Source of the DNA: Eledone cirrhosa
Taxonomy: Eukaryota
DNA: 64,000 bases
NCBI GenBank assembly: GCA_964016885.1
Contig: OZ024746.1
Coordinates: 5,022,001 to 5,086,000, forward strand
Direction: 5' to 3'
Below the pieces are notes generated by a model that was not told the DNA's origin, did no database searches, and was given only the letters and a program-made list of their open reading frames with translations. This document shows, in pieces, positions 63,491-64,000 of the stretch; position 1 is the stretch's first letter; every line of letters starts with the position of its first letter. Both the position numbers and the translations under genes were made by a program.

Positions 63491-64000
63491 AGATATATAT
63501 ATATATATCTGTATATATATGTATATATATGTATATATATATATATATATATGTATATATAGATTCGATTTTACTAAATTTCCAATTATATTATTCTCCT
63601 AGATTTAATAATTAACTAATTAATTTAATTACACAATTCCGTTGATTGGTTAATTATTTGTGTTTGTTTTATAACATCTAGTCGAGAGCTTATGATGATT
63701 AGCGGAAATTGAAATATTTCCTTTGTCTAACATTTTGAATGACCCGCCAAAAACCGGGGGTTATTTCCCTTGCTGGAATTAACACGTGACAGCTATAGAT
63801 ACGATACGCTGCACCTAGCAGCAACATTTAGCCTATCACCCCTGTTCTGGGTAGAACGAAAAGCCTGTTGAAAAACTGAATCCTCCGTTCGATCATGAAC
63901 ACCACGAGCTTGCTAGTCACGTAAGTCTGATATTTGATTTCGGATTCAAAGAAACACTTTAAACGTATAACGTTTGATTTGTCCAGGTGTATTTTTCTCA

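Overview
AT-rich, microsatellite-dense animal genomic DNA. The SINE repertoire and repeat density suggest a mollusc, probably a coleoid cephalopod such as octopus (inference). The left third carries one spliced minus-strand gene, F-box DNA helicase 1 (FBH1/FBXO18). I reconstructed 17 phase-compatible GT-AG coding exons (21477 down to 433, ~1027 codons) containing an N-terminal PIP-box, an F-box and UvrD/SF1 helicase motifs I-VI; the 3' end lies left of the window. I found no other convincing host gene. The rest is a mosaic of non-LTR retrotransposon remnants (Tx1/L1, CR1, RTE, RTE-X, CRE, R4/Dong), several SINE families, Tc1/mariner-, pogo- and piggyBac-type MITEs, and many mini/microsatellites. 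The most notable unannotated signal is a set of short, mostly (TA)n-associated elements, often fold-back, each carrying a minimal type-I hammerhead ribozyme motif with a palindromic stem-III loop. This is the Penelope-like pseudo-LTR architecture, and one family has a compensatory U3-A8 core. Two ~700-bp (TA)n-associated elements with long terminal direct repeats are also unexplained. All assignments were made by eye with no database searches, and repeat boundaries are approximate.
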